Counted from the first letter of the stretch, positions 9,514 through 20,164 are shown. The stretch: DNA of 64,000 bases from an uncultured Ignavibacteriales bacterium (GCA_964627305.1 CAZVHP010000007.1:36939-100938); one strand, 5' to 3'. The notes: generated from the letters alone by a model not told the origin. Numbers and translations: made by a program.

Positions 9514-11186
9514 CGCTCACTAACCTCAATCACAAACTGCGTATTCACGACCGAGCGCTGCTTCAGAAACCGCTCCAGCCGTGACCTCAGCAGATTGACT
9601 TCCTCCGCACTTCCAAAGTCCTCAGGATTGATCGTCAGGTGCACCACGATACACCGCTGCACGCCACCGTTGATCCTGCGAGTCCCGCTGCGACACTCCG
9701 CCGCCAGAATGCGCGGGTCGAACGCCCGCGACCACATGGCAACATCGCCAAAAGTCAAAGCGCGATCGCGCTGTCGCAACCGAACGGTGACCTCCTGCAT
9801 GAGCTGCTGACGCGTCCGAGCAGGAATGGCTCCCGCCGTCGATGTCAGGTTCCGCACCTCCGACAAACCCGGATGACCTTCATACATGCGAGTGATCCGG
9901 CCCGGCTCAATCCCGTTGGCCGTAACACCATCAGTCACACTATACTCGATACTGAGCGAATTGGGCACACCCTCGGCGGCGTGCATGAAATCAAACCACA
10001 GCACGACATGACCGTCGCGCTCCGTAAAGGTGTATCTCGGCTCCGAATCGGCGCTCTCGGTACTGTCAGCCGGCAGGTACTGCCTGCCGTCGGAATCGGT
10101 GACCCGCTCGATCGTGAGCACACTGTCCGCATCCTCCGGTATCACCACATCAATCAACGGCGCCCCGCCCGTGTGACGAAACAGCGTAAGCGTATACCGG
10201 TTCGCAACAACTATAGCATTGAAAACGAAATTCACCGCTCCGCTCAACAGCTCGCGGTTGCCGCGCTCCGGCAAATCAATGCGCAACCAGTAACAGCTGT
10301 CGGCACCACTCAGAGCAGGCTGCCCCAAAGACGAAGCCGACAGCCTCTCCAGCATTGCCGTCGGCGGAGCACCCGCGCCCCAGCGGCTGGAGATATCGCC
10401 CGGAAAAACCACAAACGCATCCAGCAGATCGCTGAACAAGTCACCGCTGGTCCGCAGCCCCCCCCAGTCATCAGCACCGGCCGGAGTAATAACCCGATCG
10501 ATCCATGAGGACTTCCCCGGACAGAAACCAAAACCGTCACCAACCGCCCCGGAGGATTGACCCAGCGGGTGCCAGTACCCCCATTGAAACTGAGACCGAA
10601 GCTCGGCGGGACAATCGAGAAACACAACAGCATTGTTCAGAGCCGACGGCGGCCCGGCAAATGCGATACCGACAAACAGCTCCCAACGATCGCCATTGGC
10701 CGGCCGGCTCTCGATAGCAGCCCTCATCTCACGATCCACCGCAACGCCCGGACTTATCGGCAACACGAAATCGCCATTGCGAAGCACCATATACCGGCAC
10801 GTCGCATCAAGAACCGGCCAGTCGGTCAGAGGGGAGAAGAAGTACGTCCGGGCACCCTCGCGTGACTCACGGTAGAAAAAACGAGTGTGAGCATCGATCT
10901 CCACCACCGGATCAACCGTGCTGCACTGCAGAACACAATGGGCCGGTGTCGGCCACCGCCCGGCATGACCACAGACCGTCTTCAGAAGCGCGCTTCTGGC
11001 AACCTCCCACGTCTGCTCCAGGTCAGACTCAAGCGCCGCAAGCTCATGAGCGCTCGCCTGCAACAGCATGCGCAGAACCGGATCCGCCCGCTCAGGAGAA
11101 CCAGGCGTATCGGTTCGGAATCGGCGCAAGGTAGCATACAACTCCGTGAAGATCTGTTCCTGGGTTCGCTTTGCCGCACGTGCCAT
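9510..11186 (-). CDS. tssF: T6SS baseplate subunit TssF
   Basis: DPVLRMLLQASAHEL, PTPAHCVLQ, FFSPL and a baseplate-J-like C-terminus (TDGVTANGI..TSTAGA..LRQRDRALT..D). Lies between tssE and tssG. Confidence 0.8.
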   Translation of the reverse strand: MARAAKRTQEQIFTELYATLRRFRTDTPGSPERADPVLRMLLQASAHELAALESDLEQTWEVARSALLKTVCGHAGRWPTPAHCVLQCSTVDPVVEIDAHTRFFYRESREGARTYFFSPLTDWPVLDATCRYMVLRNGDFVLPISPGVAVDREMRAAIESRPANGDRWELFVGIAFAGPPSALNNAVVFLDCPAELRSQFQWGYWHPLGQSSGAVGDGFGFCPGKSSWIDRVITPAGADDWGGLRTSGDLFSDLLDAFVVFPGDISSRWGAGAPPTAMLERLSASSLGQPALSGADSCYWLRIDLPERGNRELLSGAVNFVFNAIVVANRYTLTLFRHTGGAPLIDVVIPEDADSVLTIERVTDSDGRQYLPADSTESADSEPRYTFTERDGHVVLWFDFMHAAEGVPNSLSIEYSVTDGVTANGIEPGRITRMYEGHPGLSEVRNLTSTAGAIPARTRQQLMQEVTVRLRQRDRALTFGDVAMWSRAFDPRILAAECRSGTRRINGGVQRCIVVHLTINPEDFGSAEEVNLLRSRLERFLKQRSVVNTQFVIEVSER

Positions 11187-11213
11187 AGTCTTTACCCGCA
11201 GGTTCCTCTGATT

Positions 11214-11597
11214 CTACTCAACAATGCAACTGACATCAAGCATCTTCTCAACGCCACCCTCACGGTACGTGGCCGTTACCTTCACGATCAGACCGATTTG
11301 CCGATGCTTCCCCACATCACCCTCCGAAAAAACAACATCGACATTATACAGCCGAGGTTCATGAATACCAATGGCAGTACGGATACTGGCCCGAACATCC
11401 GCCTTACTGGCCGTGTGCAGGTCGGTAAACTCACGTTCCCACAGCATACACCCGAACTCCGGCAGAAACGGCAACTGCCCCACGCGCGTCGAGATTATCA
11501 GCCTGACCGAGTTCACCAGGCTGTCCCTGAGATTGCACCGTGGGAAATGACCCTCTTCAAGAGTCAGGGGAAGTGAAAGGTATTCCGAGCGTTCCAT
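11214..11597 (-). CDS. tssE: GPW/gp25-family baseplate wedge protein TssE
   Basis: YLSLPL..CNLRDSL..LIISTRVGQLPFLPEFGCMLWEREF..HEPRL. Start overlaps the vgrG stop (TGATG). Confidence 0.88.
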   Translation of the reverse strand: MERSEYLSLPLTLEEGHFPRCNLRDSLVNSVRLIISTRVGQLPFLPEFGCMLWEREFTDLHTASKADVRASIRTAIGIHEPRLYNVDVVFSEGDVGKHRQIGLIVKVTATYREGGVEKMLDVSCIVE

Positions 11598-13456
11598 CAG
11601 TTGATCTTTACTATCGCACCTTTGATTTCGGTCATAGCCGAGCCTTCCACCGCCGCCTGGGTACCGGACATCTTGGCCGATACACCGCCTTTGGACTCAT
11701 GGTTCATGCCCCCCTCGCTCTTGAAGTTGGCCGAGGCCTTCAACTCAATATCAGACTGCGCCGTCCCCTTCAAAGCGCCACCCGACTTCAGCACAATGTC
11801 TCCGGAAGCAGACTCAAGCGTGATATTAGCCCCCTTCAGCGTGATATCACCCGAGGACTCGATCGCAATACACGGCCCGTCCATCGACAGCAACACCGCG
11901 TTCGTCCCATCCTTTTGCGTGATCGCTATTGTCTCCTTGCCGTCTTCATCCACGAACACGATCTGATTGCCAAGACGAGTACGAAACACCTTCTTGGAAA
12001 CCGCACCGCCGGCCAGGCACTCAGAGGAACTCAGCGGCGGCGTATCTCTCTTGTTGTACAGTGAGCCAAGCACAATGGGAGCATCGGGGTTACCCCGCTC
12101 ATAGGCGACCACCACCTCATCGTCAACCTCGGGCAAGGCGAACCACCCCCGCGTTCGGCCGCCATCAAAGGTCATGCAACGCAGAAACTCGGTTTCCTGG
12201 TCTGCACGATGCCACGACAGCCTGACCTTCACCCGACCAAGGTTCTCCGGGTCGTTGTTGTCGGTGACCACACCACACTGGATGTAGCGGAACGGATGCC
12301 TCTCCTGGCGCTGCGGCGGGAGCGCCAGCTCGGTCGGCGTGCACGTGAAGCTGTTATGGTACTGCCCACCCTCATCCACGAAATGGTCAACCGACTTGAT
12401 CCAGTAGTCGCCGTCAAGATCCCCGAGTCCCTCCAGCCTGATTCTCGAGCCGCACGATACCGCCGGCACATTGGAACTGCCATGACAGACCAGCATACCG
12501 CCCACCGAGGTCTCCACCCGACGGGTCAGCGTCTGATCGACTGCGGCCTGACTGGCGTGCCTGGCCGCCGGGGCAACGCCCACGGTCGGAAATATCAACT
12601 CCGACGCATCCAGCGAGGCCCGGGAAAGCTGCGATGTCGCCACCCGCAAGGCCGAACGATCGGCATCACCCTCCACCAGGTCCTTGTTGACCGGATCCCA
12701 GACCTGGCTCCGGAAACTCAGTGCACCCGTCTGCAAACCAAGAGTAAATGAGCCAAGCGTCTCGCGCCATTTCAACGTCTCGTTCATCTGGCTCGACTCG
12801 GCCTTGTCAATCGTGAAGGCCCTGCCGTCATAATAGGCAAAATATCCCTTCTCGGAGGCCAGACGCTGAATGAACTGGTAATCCGTTTCATAGTATTGCA
12901 CGTGCGAGTCAACTTCCGTGTTCAGGCTTCCCGAGGCACTCAGAATCGCACCCCCGCTGATCCTCCCCAGAGTAATCGAATACTCACTCAGGATCGCATT
13001 GAACACCGAGGCGGCATCCTCACCGGACCCCCAGACCCGCGTTCGAACCGACGCATCCAGGGCAATCGTCGGACTGTAAGCGACAATATGGATGACGTTG
13101 ATCTCGCTGACGGCCTGCTGCAACTCAACCGCTGTGACAACACCGATGAACTCAAGTTTCCGGGAGGAATCGACCACATCGCCCCTGGGGGTCAGACGCA
13201 GCGTAATCGACTTACCCATCAAAGCACTGTAAGTACCAACATTCTCAAATTCCTGATCACGCTCAACAACCCCACTGTGCCGCACGGTTACGCGAAGGCT
13301 GTGATGGCTGTCACACGGCTGCTCGAGCCGAACCGAGAGAACGTCATCCGTGATCTCCCGGCCGTCAACCGTCAGGGCACAGGCGACATTGATACCAATC
13401 GACTGATCCAATGCCTTCTTGCTTTTGCCTTTGTTCTGATTCCTGATAATATCCAC
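11597..13456 (-). CDS. vgrG: VgrG spike protein (gp27-gp5 like)
   Basis: VQYYETDYQFIQRLA, VVTDNNDPENLGRVKV, GWFALPEVDDEVVVAYERGNPDAPIVLGSLYN and a C-terminal beta-helix ending IKGAIVKIN. Confidence 0.93.
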   Translation of the reverse strand: MDIIRNQNKGKSKKALDQSIGINVACALTVDGREITDDVLSVRLEQPCDSHHSLRVTVRHSGVVERDQEFENVGTYSALMGKSITLRLTPRGDVVDSSRKLEFIGVVTAVELQQAVSEINVIHIVAYSPTIALDASVRTRVWGSGEDAASVFNAILSEYSITLGRISGGAILSASGSLNTEVDSHVQYYETDYQFIQRLASEKGYFAYYDGRAFTIDKAESSQMNETLKWRETLGSFTLGLQTGALSFRSQVWDPVNKDLVEGDADRSALRVATSQLSRASLDASELIFPTVGVAPAARHASQAAVDQTLTRRVETSVGGMLVCHGSSNVPAVSCGSRIRLEGLGDLDGDYWIKSVDHFVDEGGQYHNSFTCTPTELALPPQRQERHPFRYIQCGVVTDNNDPENLGRVKVRLSWHRADQETEFLRCMTFDGGRTRGWFALPEVDDEVVVAYERGNPDAPIVLGSLYNKRDTPPLSSSECLAGGAVSKKVFRTRLGNQIVFVDEDGKETIAITQKDGTNAVLLSMDGPCIAIESSGDITLKGANITLESASGDIVLKSGGALKGTAQSDIELKASANFKSEGGMNHESKGGVSAKMSGTQAAVEGSAMTEIKGAIVKIN

Positions 13457-13537
13457 CGCGCATCCTCACTGGCAGTTACGGGGAAACATACCCCGGGTTA
13501 GCATCCGACACCGTCTCGAAACCCGGGCACAGGAGCG

Positions 13538-13573
13538 CGGGGCGGCGGTACACAGGTGCACTACGCCGCCCCG
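13538..13573 (-). terminator. GC-rich hairpin between tssD and vgrG (attenuator or mRNA-stabilising stem)
   Basis: Perfect 10-bp inverted repeat CGGGGCGGCG / CGCCGCCCCG with no clear U-tract. Confidence 0.45.
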
Positions 13574-13601
13574 GGTCATCCACTGCATCTGTCACACGCG
13601 C

Positions 13602-14012
13602 TTAGTGCGCCCAGTAGTTCTCCAACTCGGCATCGGCAATCTTGATCGCATTGCACGATACATGGAAATACTGGTAGATCTGCTCGTCAGGGTTTGACTT
13701 CACGTCGGGAATGACCTCCTCGAAGTGGGTGATGAAACCATCCTTCCACTCCAGAGTCTTCATCTCAGCGCCATCCTTGTTGAAAAAGGTGACCCGGCCC
13801 GACTTCCAGTTCGTCTTACTGGTGTCAGCAGCCCAGCGAGCAATGTCGACATTGCCACCCTCGTCAGATTCCACCTTGATCTTGATCAAACCGGCGTGAG
13901 CACGATCGGTCGGACGTCCCGTCTCATCCTTATTCGTGTAAATGTGATACGATACGGCAAAGACGTGCGGGTACTCGACACCATCGATCTCGAGTTTTGG
14001 ACGGTGCGCCAT
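13602..14012 (-). CDS. tssD: T6SS tube protein TssD (Hcp, Bacteroidota type)
   Basis: MAHRPKLEIDGVEY..DETGRPT..GLIKIKVES..WKSGRVTF..MKTLEWKDGF. RBS AGGAGG at 14021-14026 supports ATG at 14012. Confidence 0.88.
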   Translation of the reverse strand: MAHRPKLEIDGVEYPHVFAVSYHIYTNKDETGRPTDRAHAGLIKIKVESDEGGNVDIARWAADTSKTNWKSGRVTFFNKDGAEMKTLEWKDGFITHFEEVIPDVKSNPDEQIYQYFHVSCNAIKIADAELENYWAH

Positions 14013-14169
14013 AATCAATACCTCCTGGGTTTTGCTTCAGTCCTGTTTATTGATCAGAAACTCTGTTTGGACTTCGTCAAATTAGTGACTATTCGGTTAT
14101 CTCGTTTTCAATCAGTAATCCGCGTGCGGCAGAGCTGCAACAACCGGGCCGACTGCCTGCTTGTACGGC

Positions 14170-15594
14170 CTACTTGTCCTTTACGTTGGTCGCGTTGTCC
14201 TCATTCCACGCCATGAACTCAATATTGAATGTCCGTGCCGGATACTTCGGATTCAGCGATACCTTGATATCTACCTCCTGACGCTTGCGCATCTCCTCAC
14301 TGGCGAAGATCTCCACCGTGTAGTCCTGCAGGATGTTGTCTCCTCCACTGATTGCCCGCATGAACTTGTCGATGTCCTTGCGAAGCGCATCGATGAACTT
14401 GCCGTCGATCACGTTGAACGTCTGCTTGTTCAGATAATTGCGCAGCGACTTGTACACGTAGTCATAGGTACGACGGATCGAATAGACGTTGAACGTCTCC
14501 TTGGAATACAATGTCGCCGCCCCCATCGCTACCGGCTGACCCTCGAAACTGACAACCGGGTTGACACCCTTTTCATTTACCTTGGAAGCGTCCGGCTGGT
14601 TGAGCCGGAAACGGACATGGTTAGCCTCGTTGATCTTGCCGTACTTGTACCCGGCCGCGGGCTGCTGCATGCCGACCGACTCATCGCCGCGATACACCAT
14701 ACCAGCGACAGCCGCCGAAGGCGGTATCCACATGTTGTCATCCTCGTACTCGTTGGCCTGTCGCGCAAGAAGCCAGTTCGCATACAATGAGACATACTGC
14801 TTGGATTCATCGACCCCCTGCAGACTGTCCATGCTTGGATCATCGAGCAGCTCCATGATATCCTCGAATGACTCGAAATTCGGCATATCCGTTATCACAT
14901 GGAGCTTGTTCGGCAGACCAATCTGCCGGGCAAAAGTGTCGATCTTGTCAGCCCCGCCAAGATAGCCGGGGACAACACACATCGAGTAACAGCGCTTGAT
15001 TCCCCACTCACGGAACTCATCCGCTATCGCCTTGGCCAGTTGCTCAAACTTCTCCTTGTCATCCGGGTCCATTAGTTGCTCGATGCCCGCATTGACAAAA
15101 AACGCATCCACCTTGTCATCCGGCTCCGCCTGCGCGTTGGCAAAAAACTTGTCAACCGCCCGATAGGTCGTTTCCAGCTCACGGCTGGCCCGATGCACCG
15201 ATTTCATGTTCTTCTGAAGGTTAGCCTCCAGCTTGGTGGCCTCCTCCGCCACAGTCTTCCGAATGGCGTCCACATTGCTGTCCGAGGAAAGCATCTCTAT
15301 CCACGCACTCAGGCGTTCGCTCAGCAACTCCCGCTGACGGGCGTGCTCGGCCTTGCTCAGGAACTCCTTACGCTGGAACTCCTTTTTGGGGTCGAGCCAC
15401 TCGACGCCGCGAACCAGGTCACCCTCTGCTGTCTTGAACGACGGCAGCAGGCTGGCCAGCTTCTTGAAGTCGGCAAAATGATCGCCAAGCAACCCGGCGA
15501 ACTCCTCCTCGGAGACTTTCTCTACCGCCTGAGCGGCGGGCTGAGCCGCACTTTGCTGCTGCGGCTGCAACTCTTGTTTCTCTTCTTCACCCAT
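14170..15594 (-). CDS. tssC: T6SS contractile sheath large subunit (DUF5458-like TssC)
   Basis: RELETTYRAVDKFF.N, YSMCVVPGYLG, ANWLLAR, IPPSAAVAG, QPAAGYKYG, YSIRRTYDYV.K and a C-terminal P.YPARTF motif fit T6SS-iii TssC. Start placed at the ATG of MGEEE. Confidence 0.88.
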   Translation of the reverse strand: MGEEEKQELQPQQQSAAQPAAQAVEKVSEEEFAGLLGDHFADFKKLASLLPSFKTAEGDLVRGVEWLDPKKEFQRKEFLSKAEHARQRELLSERLSAWIEMLSSDSNVDAIRKTVAEEATKLEANLQKNMKSVHRASRELETTYRAVDKFFANAQAEPDDKVDAFFVNAGIEQLMDPDDKEKFEQLAKAIADEFREWGIKRCYSMCVVPGYLGGADKIDTFARQIGLPNKLHVITDMPNFESFEDIMELLDDPSMDSLQGVDESKQYVSLYANWLLARQANEYEDDNMWIPPSAAVAGMVYRGDESVGMQQPAAGYKYGKINEANHVRFRLNQPDASKVNEKGVNPVVSFEGQPVAMGAATLYSKETFNVYSIRRTYDYVYKSLRNYLNKQTFNVIDGKFIDALRKDIDKFMRAISGGDNILQDYTVEIFASEEMRKRQEVDIKVSLNPKYPARTFNIEFMAWNEDNATNVKDK

Positions 15595-15609
15595 ATATCC
15601 AAACCTCAC

Positions 15610-16053
15610 TTATTCGCTTAGCAGATCAACATAGTATCGGGCCACCTTCAGCAGGGCAGCCTTGGCCTTCTCGTCCTGCAACACCTTCTTCAGCGCCGCG
15701 TTCTTCTTCAACTGCTTGTCAAGATCGTTAAGAATCTCCTTGCGGTAGTACGTCCGCCGCAAATAGTCGTTCTGCTCGATGAGCTGTTTGGACTGGAAAT
15801 CCTTCATCGACCCGACCCTGAACTCAGCCGTAGCAGACTCGCCCGTTGTCGTCTCCAACTCTGCCTCGAACGACGGGTGGAACTTCTCGAAAACGTCCTT
15901 GAGATTGTTGCACTCAACGGGTACGGCTTCGGCATCCTCGTCGTTGTTCAGCCTGGCGACGTACAAGGATCGGTTGGATGGAAGAAGCTCAACGGGAATG
16001 GAATCATCTTTGACCTTCCGCTCCCGGGCTCCCAGAAAGAACTTGTTGGACAT
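15610..16053 (-). CDS. tssB: T6SS contractile sheath small subunit (T6SS-iii TssB)
   Basis: LPSNRSLYVARL..VFEKFHPS..MKDF..QNDYL..KQLKKN. Directly upstream of tssC. Confidence 0.85.
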   Translation of the reverse strand: MSNKFFLGARERKVKDDSIPVELLPSNRSLYVARLNNDEDAEAVPVECNNLKDVFEKFHPSFEAELETTTGESATAEFRVGSMKDFQSKQLIEQNDYLRRTYYRKEILNDLDKQLKKNAALKKVLQDEKAKAALLKVARYYVDLLSE

Positions 16054-16080
16054 CTGTCGCCCTCCGATTGTGTGATATGA

Positions 16081-18624
16081 TTATGCGCCTGTTGTCTCTT
16101 GCTTGCCAATTATGTAGGCGTCATCCCTGACATCGACGTTCACCCGGTCCCCGGGGGCAAGGGTGCCGGTGATGATGTCAACAGACAGCCTGTTTATGAT
16201 ATCCCGCTCGATTATCCTCTGTATTGGCCGCGCTCCCAGCTCGAATGAATAGCCGTCCCGTGCAAGCTTCGCCAGCGCAGCCGGACTGAGTTCTGCCTCG
16301 ATATCCTGATCCTTCAGCAATACCGAAAGCTGCTCAAACTCAAGCCGCGCGATCGTCTGCGCCTGCTCCTGAGAAAAGCTGTGATAAATGATAATATCAT
16401 TGAGCCGGTTGAGAAACTCCGGCCGGAACTTCGTGAACAGGAAATTACGCACCTGATCCATGTCGACCTCGCGGCCCTCACGGTCGGCATCGAGAATCAT
16501 GTCCGCCGCGTAGTTCGAGGTCAACGCCACAATGCAGTTGGAGAAATCGACCGTCCGGTTCTGCCCGTCGGTCAGACGCCCGTCATCAAGCAACTGCAGC
16601 AGCACATTGAATACATCAGGATGCGCCTTCTCGACCTCATCGAACAACACAATCGAGAACGGCCGCCGACGGACTGACTCCGTCAAAACCCCGCCCTCCT
16701 CGTAACCCACATACCCCGGCGGTGCACCGATCATCTTGGCCACCGAATGCTTCTCCATGAACTCCGACATATCAAGACGGACCATCGCATTCTTGTCATC
16801 AAACAGAAACTCCGCCAGCAGCTTCGACAAATACGTCTTGCCCGTCCCCGTCGGCCCCAGAAAGAGGAACGAACCCACCGGACGATTGGCCGGCTTCAAT
16901 CCCGCCCTCGCCTTGCGAATGGCATTGGCAACACCCTCAATAGCCTTGTCCTGACCGACTATCTTCGAAGAAAGATACGCCTCCATATTCAGCAGCCGGT
17001 CCTTCTCCGCCGTCATCATCTTCGCAATCGGAATACCCGTACGGCGCGCGATCAGGGCCGCAATATCAGAAGCATCAATGCGCGGCTCAAGAGTCTCCAC
17101 TACGCCCTTGAGCGCCGTACACAGTTTCCGCTGCAAATCGAATCGCGGACGCAGACTGCCGCTCCTGGGCAACTCCACACTCTGCAGCTCTCCCTGGAGT
17201 TTGTGCCCCCAGTACTCGATCAGGCGCCGCGTGTTGCGGTCAAATTCACGGTACTGCAAAACCACCGGATCATCACACTCATCCGTGTCGGCCAGCACCG
17301 AATGCCCGTCGACAATCACCTTGTCCAGCTCAGCCATCTGGCTCTCGACCAGCGGCAACAGCCGGATGGCATATTCCTTCTTCACCGAAAACTCACTGGC
17401 GGCCTCGTCCATGACATCAAGCGCGATATCCGGCAGATTACGGTCGCTCAAATAGCGCTTGGAGTAGCGGGCAGCGGCTCGGATGGCCTCAGGCAATACC
17501 TTGATCTTGTGATGATCCTCATAACGGCTCGCCACGCCCGCGATGATCGCAATCGCCTCCTCGACCGGAGGGGCCTCTACCTTGATCTTCTCGAACCGTC
17601 GCAACAGCGCCTTGTCCCTCTCCAGATGCTTGGTGAACTCCTCCTCGGTCGTCGCCCCGATCAGACGAAGCTGCCCGCGAGCAAGCGCCGGCTTCAGCAG
17701 ATTGCCCGCATCGATTCCACCCCCACCCGCACCGGGAGCAATCGTGTGGATCTCGTCAATAAACAGGATGATCTGCCCGGACGACTTGACGATCTCTCCG
17801 ATCAGCGCCTTCAGCCGCTCTTCAAACTCGCCCTTGTACTTGGCGCCCGCTACCATCGCACCCAGATCGAGCTCCATCAGCCGTGCTCCCCGCAACGCGG
17901 CAGGAACCTGATCGCTGACAATCGCCTGCGCCAGACCCTCCACAATCGCCGACTTGCCCACCCCGGCACCACCAACCAGCACCGGTGAGTTCTTCCGACG
18001 GCGAAGCAGAATCTGTATGGACTGACGAAGCTCCGACTCCCGCCCGATCATGGGATCATACTCGCCGGCCGTGGCAAGGTTGGTCATGTCAATGCAGTAG
18101 CGAAGGGCCCCACTCACTCGCCGCGAGGACTTCGTCTCGCCACCGTCCTGTTCGGACTGCGCCGGGCCGGAAGTGATCTGTTCGACCGACTTGCTCTCAG
18201 CAATGGCCCGATAAATGTCTTCCTTGGCAAGCTGCAGCTTGGCGCTCACATAGTCCGCCAGCGGTGTCTGCGGATCGAAAATGGCCAGGAATATATGCTC
18301 CGGCTCCACCAGCGTGTCATACAGCTTGCCCTTCTCCTGCTGGGCACGGCTCAGTACCGACTGAACCGACGGAGAACTGGCCACATTGTCAACCGCATGC
18401 GGCGCCTTACGCTGATCCTTAAGGTACAGCTCCGTGATCGAGGCCACCATCGACGGTGACTTGTCCAACTGGTTGAGGATGGACTCCACCTCCGTACCCT
18501 CGTGTCGAACAGCCGCGAGCAACAGATGCTCGACCTCGATCTCCCGGTGCCTGAATTCAGTGGCGATCTCCCGAGCCAACTTGATTACGGCTCGCGAATC
18601 AGACGAAAAACTGGCAATATCCAT
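16081..18624 (-). CDS. tssH: ClpV/TssH AAA+ sheath-recycling ATPase (ClpB family)
   Basis: Clp N-domain, D1 GGAGVGKS / LFIDEIH, D2 GPTGTGKT / [14 protein letters not shown]. First gene of the structural operon. ATG 18624 preferred because a promoter lies inside the longer ORF. Confidence 0.85.
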   Translation of the reverse strand: MDIASFSSDSRAVIKLAREIATEFRHREIEVEHLLLAAVRHEGTEVESILNQLDKSPSMVASITELYLKDQRKAPHAVDNVASSPSVQSVLSRAQQEKGKLYDTLVEPEHIFLAIFDPQTPLADYVSAKLQLAKEDIYRAIAESKSVEQITSGPAQSEQDGGETKSSRRVSGALRYCIDMTNLATAGEYDPMIGRESELRQSIQILLRRRKNSPVLVGGAGVGKSAIVEGLAQAIVSDQVPAALRGARLMELDLGAMVAGAKYKGEFEERLKALIGEIVKSSGQIILFIDEIHTIAPGAGGGGIDAGNLLKPALARGQLRLIGATTEEEFTKHLERDKALLRRFEKIKVEAPPVEEAIAIIAGVASRYEDHHKIKVLPEAIRAAARYSKRYLSDRNLPDIALDVMDEAASEFSVKKEYAIRLLPLVESQMAELDKVIVDGHSVLADTDECDDPVVLQYREFDRNTRRLIEYWGHKLQGELQSVELPRSGSLRPRFDLQRKLCTALKGVVETLEPRIDASDIAALIARRTGIPIAKMMTAEKDRLLNMEAYLSSKIVGQDKAIEGVANAIRKARAGLKPANRPVGSFLFLGPTGTGKTYLSKLLAEFLFDDKNAMVRLDMSEFMEKHSVAKMIGAPPGYVGYEEGGVLTESVRRRPFSIVLFDEVEKAHPDVFNVLLQLLDDGRLTDGQNRTVDFSNCIVALTSNYAADMILDADREGREVDMDQVRNFLFTKFRPEFLNRLNDIIIYHSFSQEQAQTIARLEFEQLSVLLKDQDIEAELSPAALAKLARDGYSFELGARPIQRIIERDIINRLSVDIITGTLAPGDRVNVDVRDDAYIIGKQETTGA

Positions 18625-18723
18625 GAAATCCCGCGCTTTGGAACCTGAGTTACATTTGAAGGATTGCACCAAGACAAGCCGAATGCGAAATATGACCCTA
18701 TGTACAACCCGGTTAAGTAAGAA

Positions 18724-18752
18724 AACATACTCTGCGCCCACAGGGGTGTCAA
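18724..18752 (-). promoter_or_regulatory. sigma70-type promoter for the clpV-tssBCD operon
   Basis: TTGACA-N17-TATGTT on the minus strand, about 100 bp upstream of the clpV ATG. Confidence 0.65.
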
Positions 18753-18935
18753 GCTAATTGTCTACCGACCCAACCCATGGCGCAGCACTACGTTCACACT
18801 GTCTGCTTATATACGATCGTTTGGACCTCTTTTTTGGTTTTCTGGCACTTCTCCCGCAAGAATCTGCCGATAACCGGCATGACCGGAGAAACCCCCGCCC
18901 GCTGCCGGCCATCTCTTTGCAGTGCACACCCCACC

Positions 18936-19367
18936 TTACCCATCAACAGGACGGAAAGACTCAATTATGCGATCCATCTCCACCCCCCGCGTCTGCAGCG
19001 TCTTCTTCGAAAAATTGCCCGAAAACGTGTAGCCGGTGCCGTCAAGAATCATGTACAGGTTCCGCTTGTATATGACCGTGTTGTCAACCGGAATCCACTT
19101 GTATATACACTCATGCGCCGCAGTGCCGTTGCCAAGCGTGATCGCCTCGTCCTTGAGAACCTCCGTTCCCTGAAGCTGCTCCAGCGCCGCGTCAATACGC
19201 ATACGGGCGAAGTCTGCCAGATCGGCCCCCGCCGTATCAGGATCAACCACCAGTTGTATCATGTGCTGTACGCCGCTGTCATCAGGTCCCATGAACACAT
19301 ACACAGTGCGATTATCCCAGCCTTTGGGCAGCTCGACCACGAAAGGCGGTATCTGCGATTTACCCAT
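18936..19367 (-). CDS. DUF1795/DcrB-like (Eag-type) T6SS adaptor
   Basis: LPKGWDNRTVYVF..DLADFAR..LEQLQGTEVL..IIESFRP, a PsbP/DcrB-like pattern. Ends the PAAR-effector cassette. Confidence 0.7.
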   Translation of the reverse strand: MGKSQIPPFVVELPKGWDNRTVYVFMGPDDSGVQHMIQLVVDPDTAGADLADFARMRIDAALEQLQGTEVLKDEAITLGNGTAAHECIYKWIPVDNTVIYKRNLYMILDGTGYTFSGNFSKKTLQTRGVEMDRIIESFRPVDG

Positions 19368-19388
19368 TACCTGTGCAGCTCCTCTCGG

Positions 19389-20159
19389 TTACTCGGTTTC
19401 CCGCAAACGCAGCCGCTCGAAAACAGCCCGCGTCTCACTACGGTTACGCGCCAACTGCCAGTCTCCGAGGAAACGGTTAACATTTGCCGTGTTCTCATCT
19501 ATTCGCTGCCGACGCTCCGCGTCGCTTTCCGCCGGCTCCGGCAGACGTATCCGGGGCGGCTCCGGCAATTTGCCAAGCCAGTCAACCGCCTCGCGACGCA
19601 GCCACGGATCGGCTGTCTCATCAGTCGCAATCCCGGCCAGAATCGGGACAGATTCCGCTCGGAACTCCACGCCAAACTCCAACACCGCCGACCTGACCTC
19701 GTGGAACTCGATATAGATACTGTGTGTCCCGGGCGAGAAACACCGATCGGGCACTATCTGATGCAAACGAAAGGACACAGCAACACTGCCGCCGGCCGGC
19801 AGATCCAGCGTCGCCGGGACCGGCCCGGTCAACTCGCCCGTCGCATCCATCGTGCTGGGGTGAACCATGTACAGGGCATCCTCTGACCCATCCCGCGCCA
19901 GCATCAAATGCAGCGCCTGCGAAACCTGCGGATCATCCATCGAAACCGCCCGCCCGCCATCGTTTGCAAACGTAACGGCCAGTTCAAGGTCCTGCCCCAT
20001 CGCGTACACCGGAATATGATCATACATGCGAACCGGAACCGGCGGATCTACCACCGCCAAAGTAATGCTCACTTCCATTGTTCCTCCATTGCATCCTGAC
20101 ACCAGGAAACAACTAAGTGTCCAAATCAACAGTGCCGTAACTGCCTGCCGCATCCTCAT
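19389..20159 (-). CDS. Lipoprotein, putative immunity protein
   Basis: Signal peptide with lipobox LVSG-C, Ig-like middle and HEAT-like C-terminal helices. Starts 5 bp after the effector stop. Confidence 0.55.
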   Translation of the reverse strand: MRMRQAVTALLIWTLSCFLVSGCNGGTMEVSITLAVVDPPVPVRMYDHIPVYAMGQDLELAVTFANDGGRAVSMDDPQVSQALHLMLARDGSEDALYMVHPSTMDATGELTGPVPATLDLPAGGSVAVSFRLHQIVPDRCFSPGTHSIYIEFHEVRSAVLEFGVEFRAESVPILAGIATDETADPWLRREAVDWLGKLPEPPRIRLPEPAESDAERRQRIDENTANVNRFLGDWQLARNRSETRAVFERLRLRETE

Positions 20160-20164
20160 ACCGA

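Noticed and set aside
9510-16053. Prophage tail or extracellular contractile injection system (eCIS/tailocin)
   Set aside because: No capsid, terminase, integrase, lysis, tape-measure or Afp15/Afp16-like genes. ClpV, TssK, a split TssB/TssC sheath and membrane proteins fit a T6SS.
18625-18741. N-terminal extension of ClpV given by the ORF track (likewise long starts for PAAR, tsaB, rimI, serS, murC, murD, mraY)
   Set aside because: Extensions overlap promoters or upstream genes and lack homology; downstream ATGs have RBSs or stop-start overlaps.
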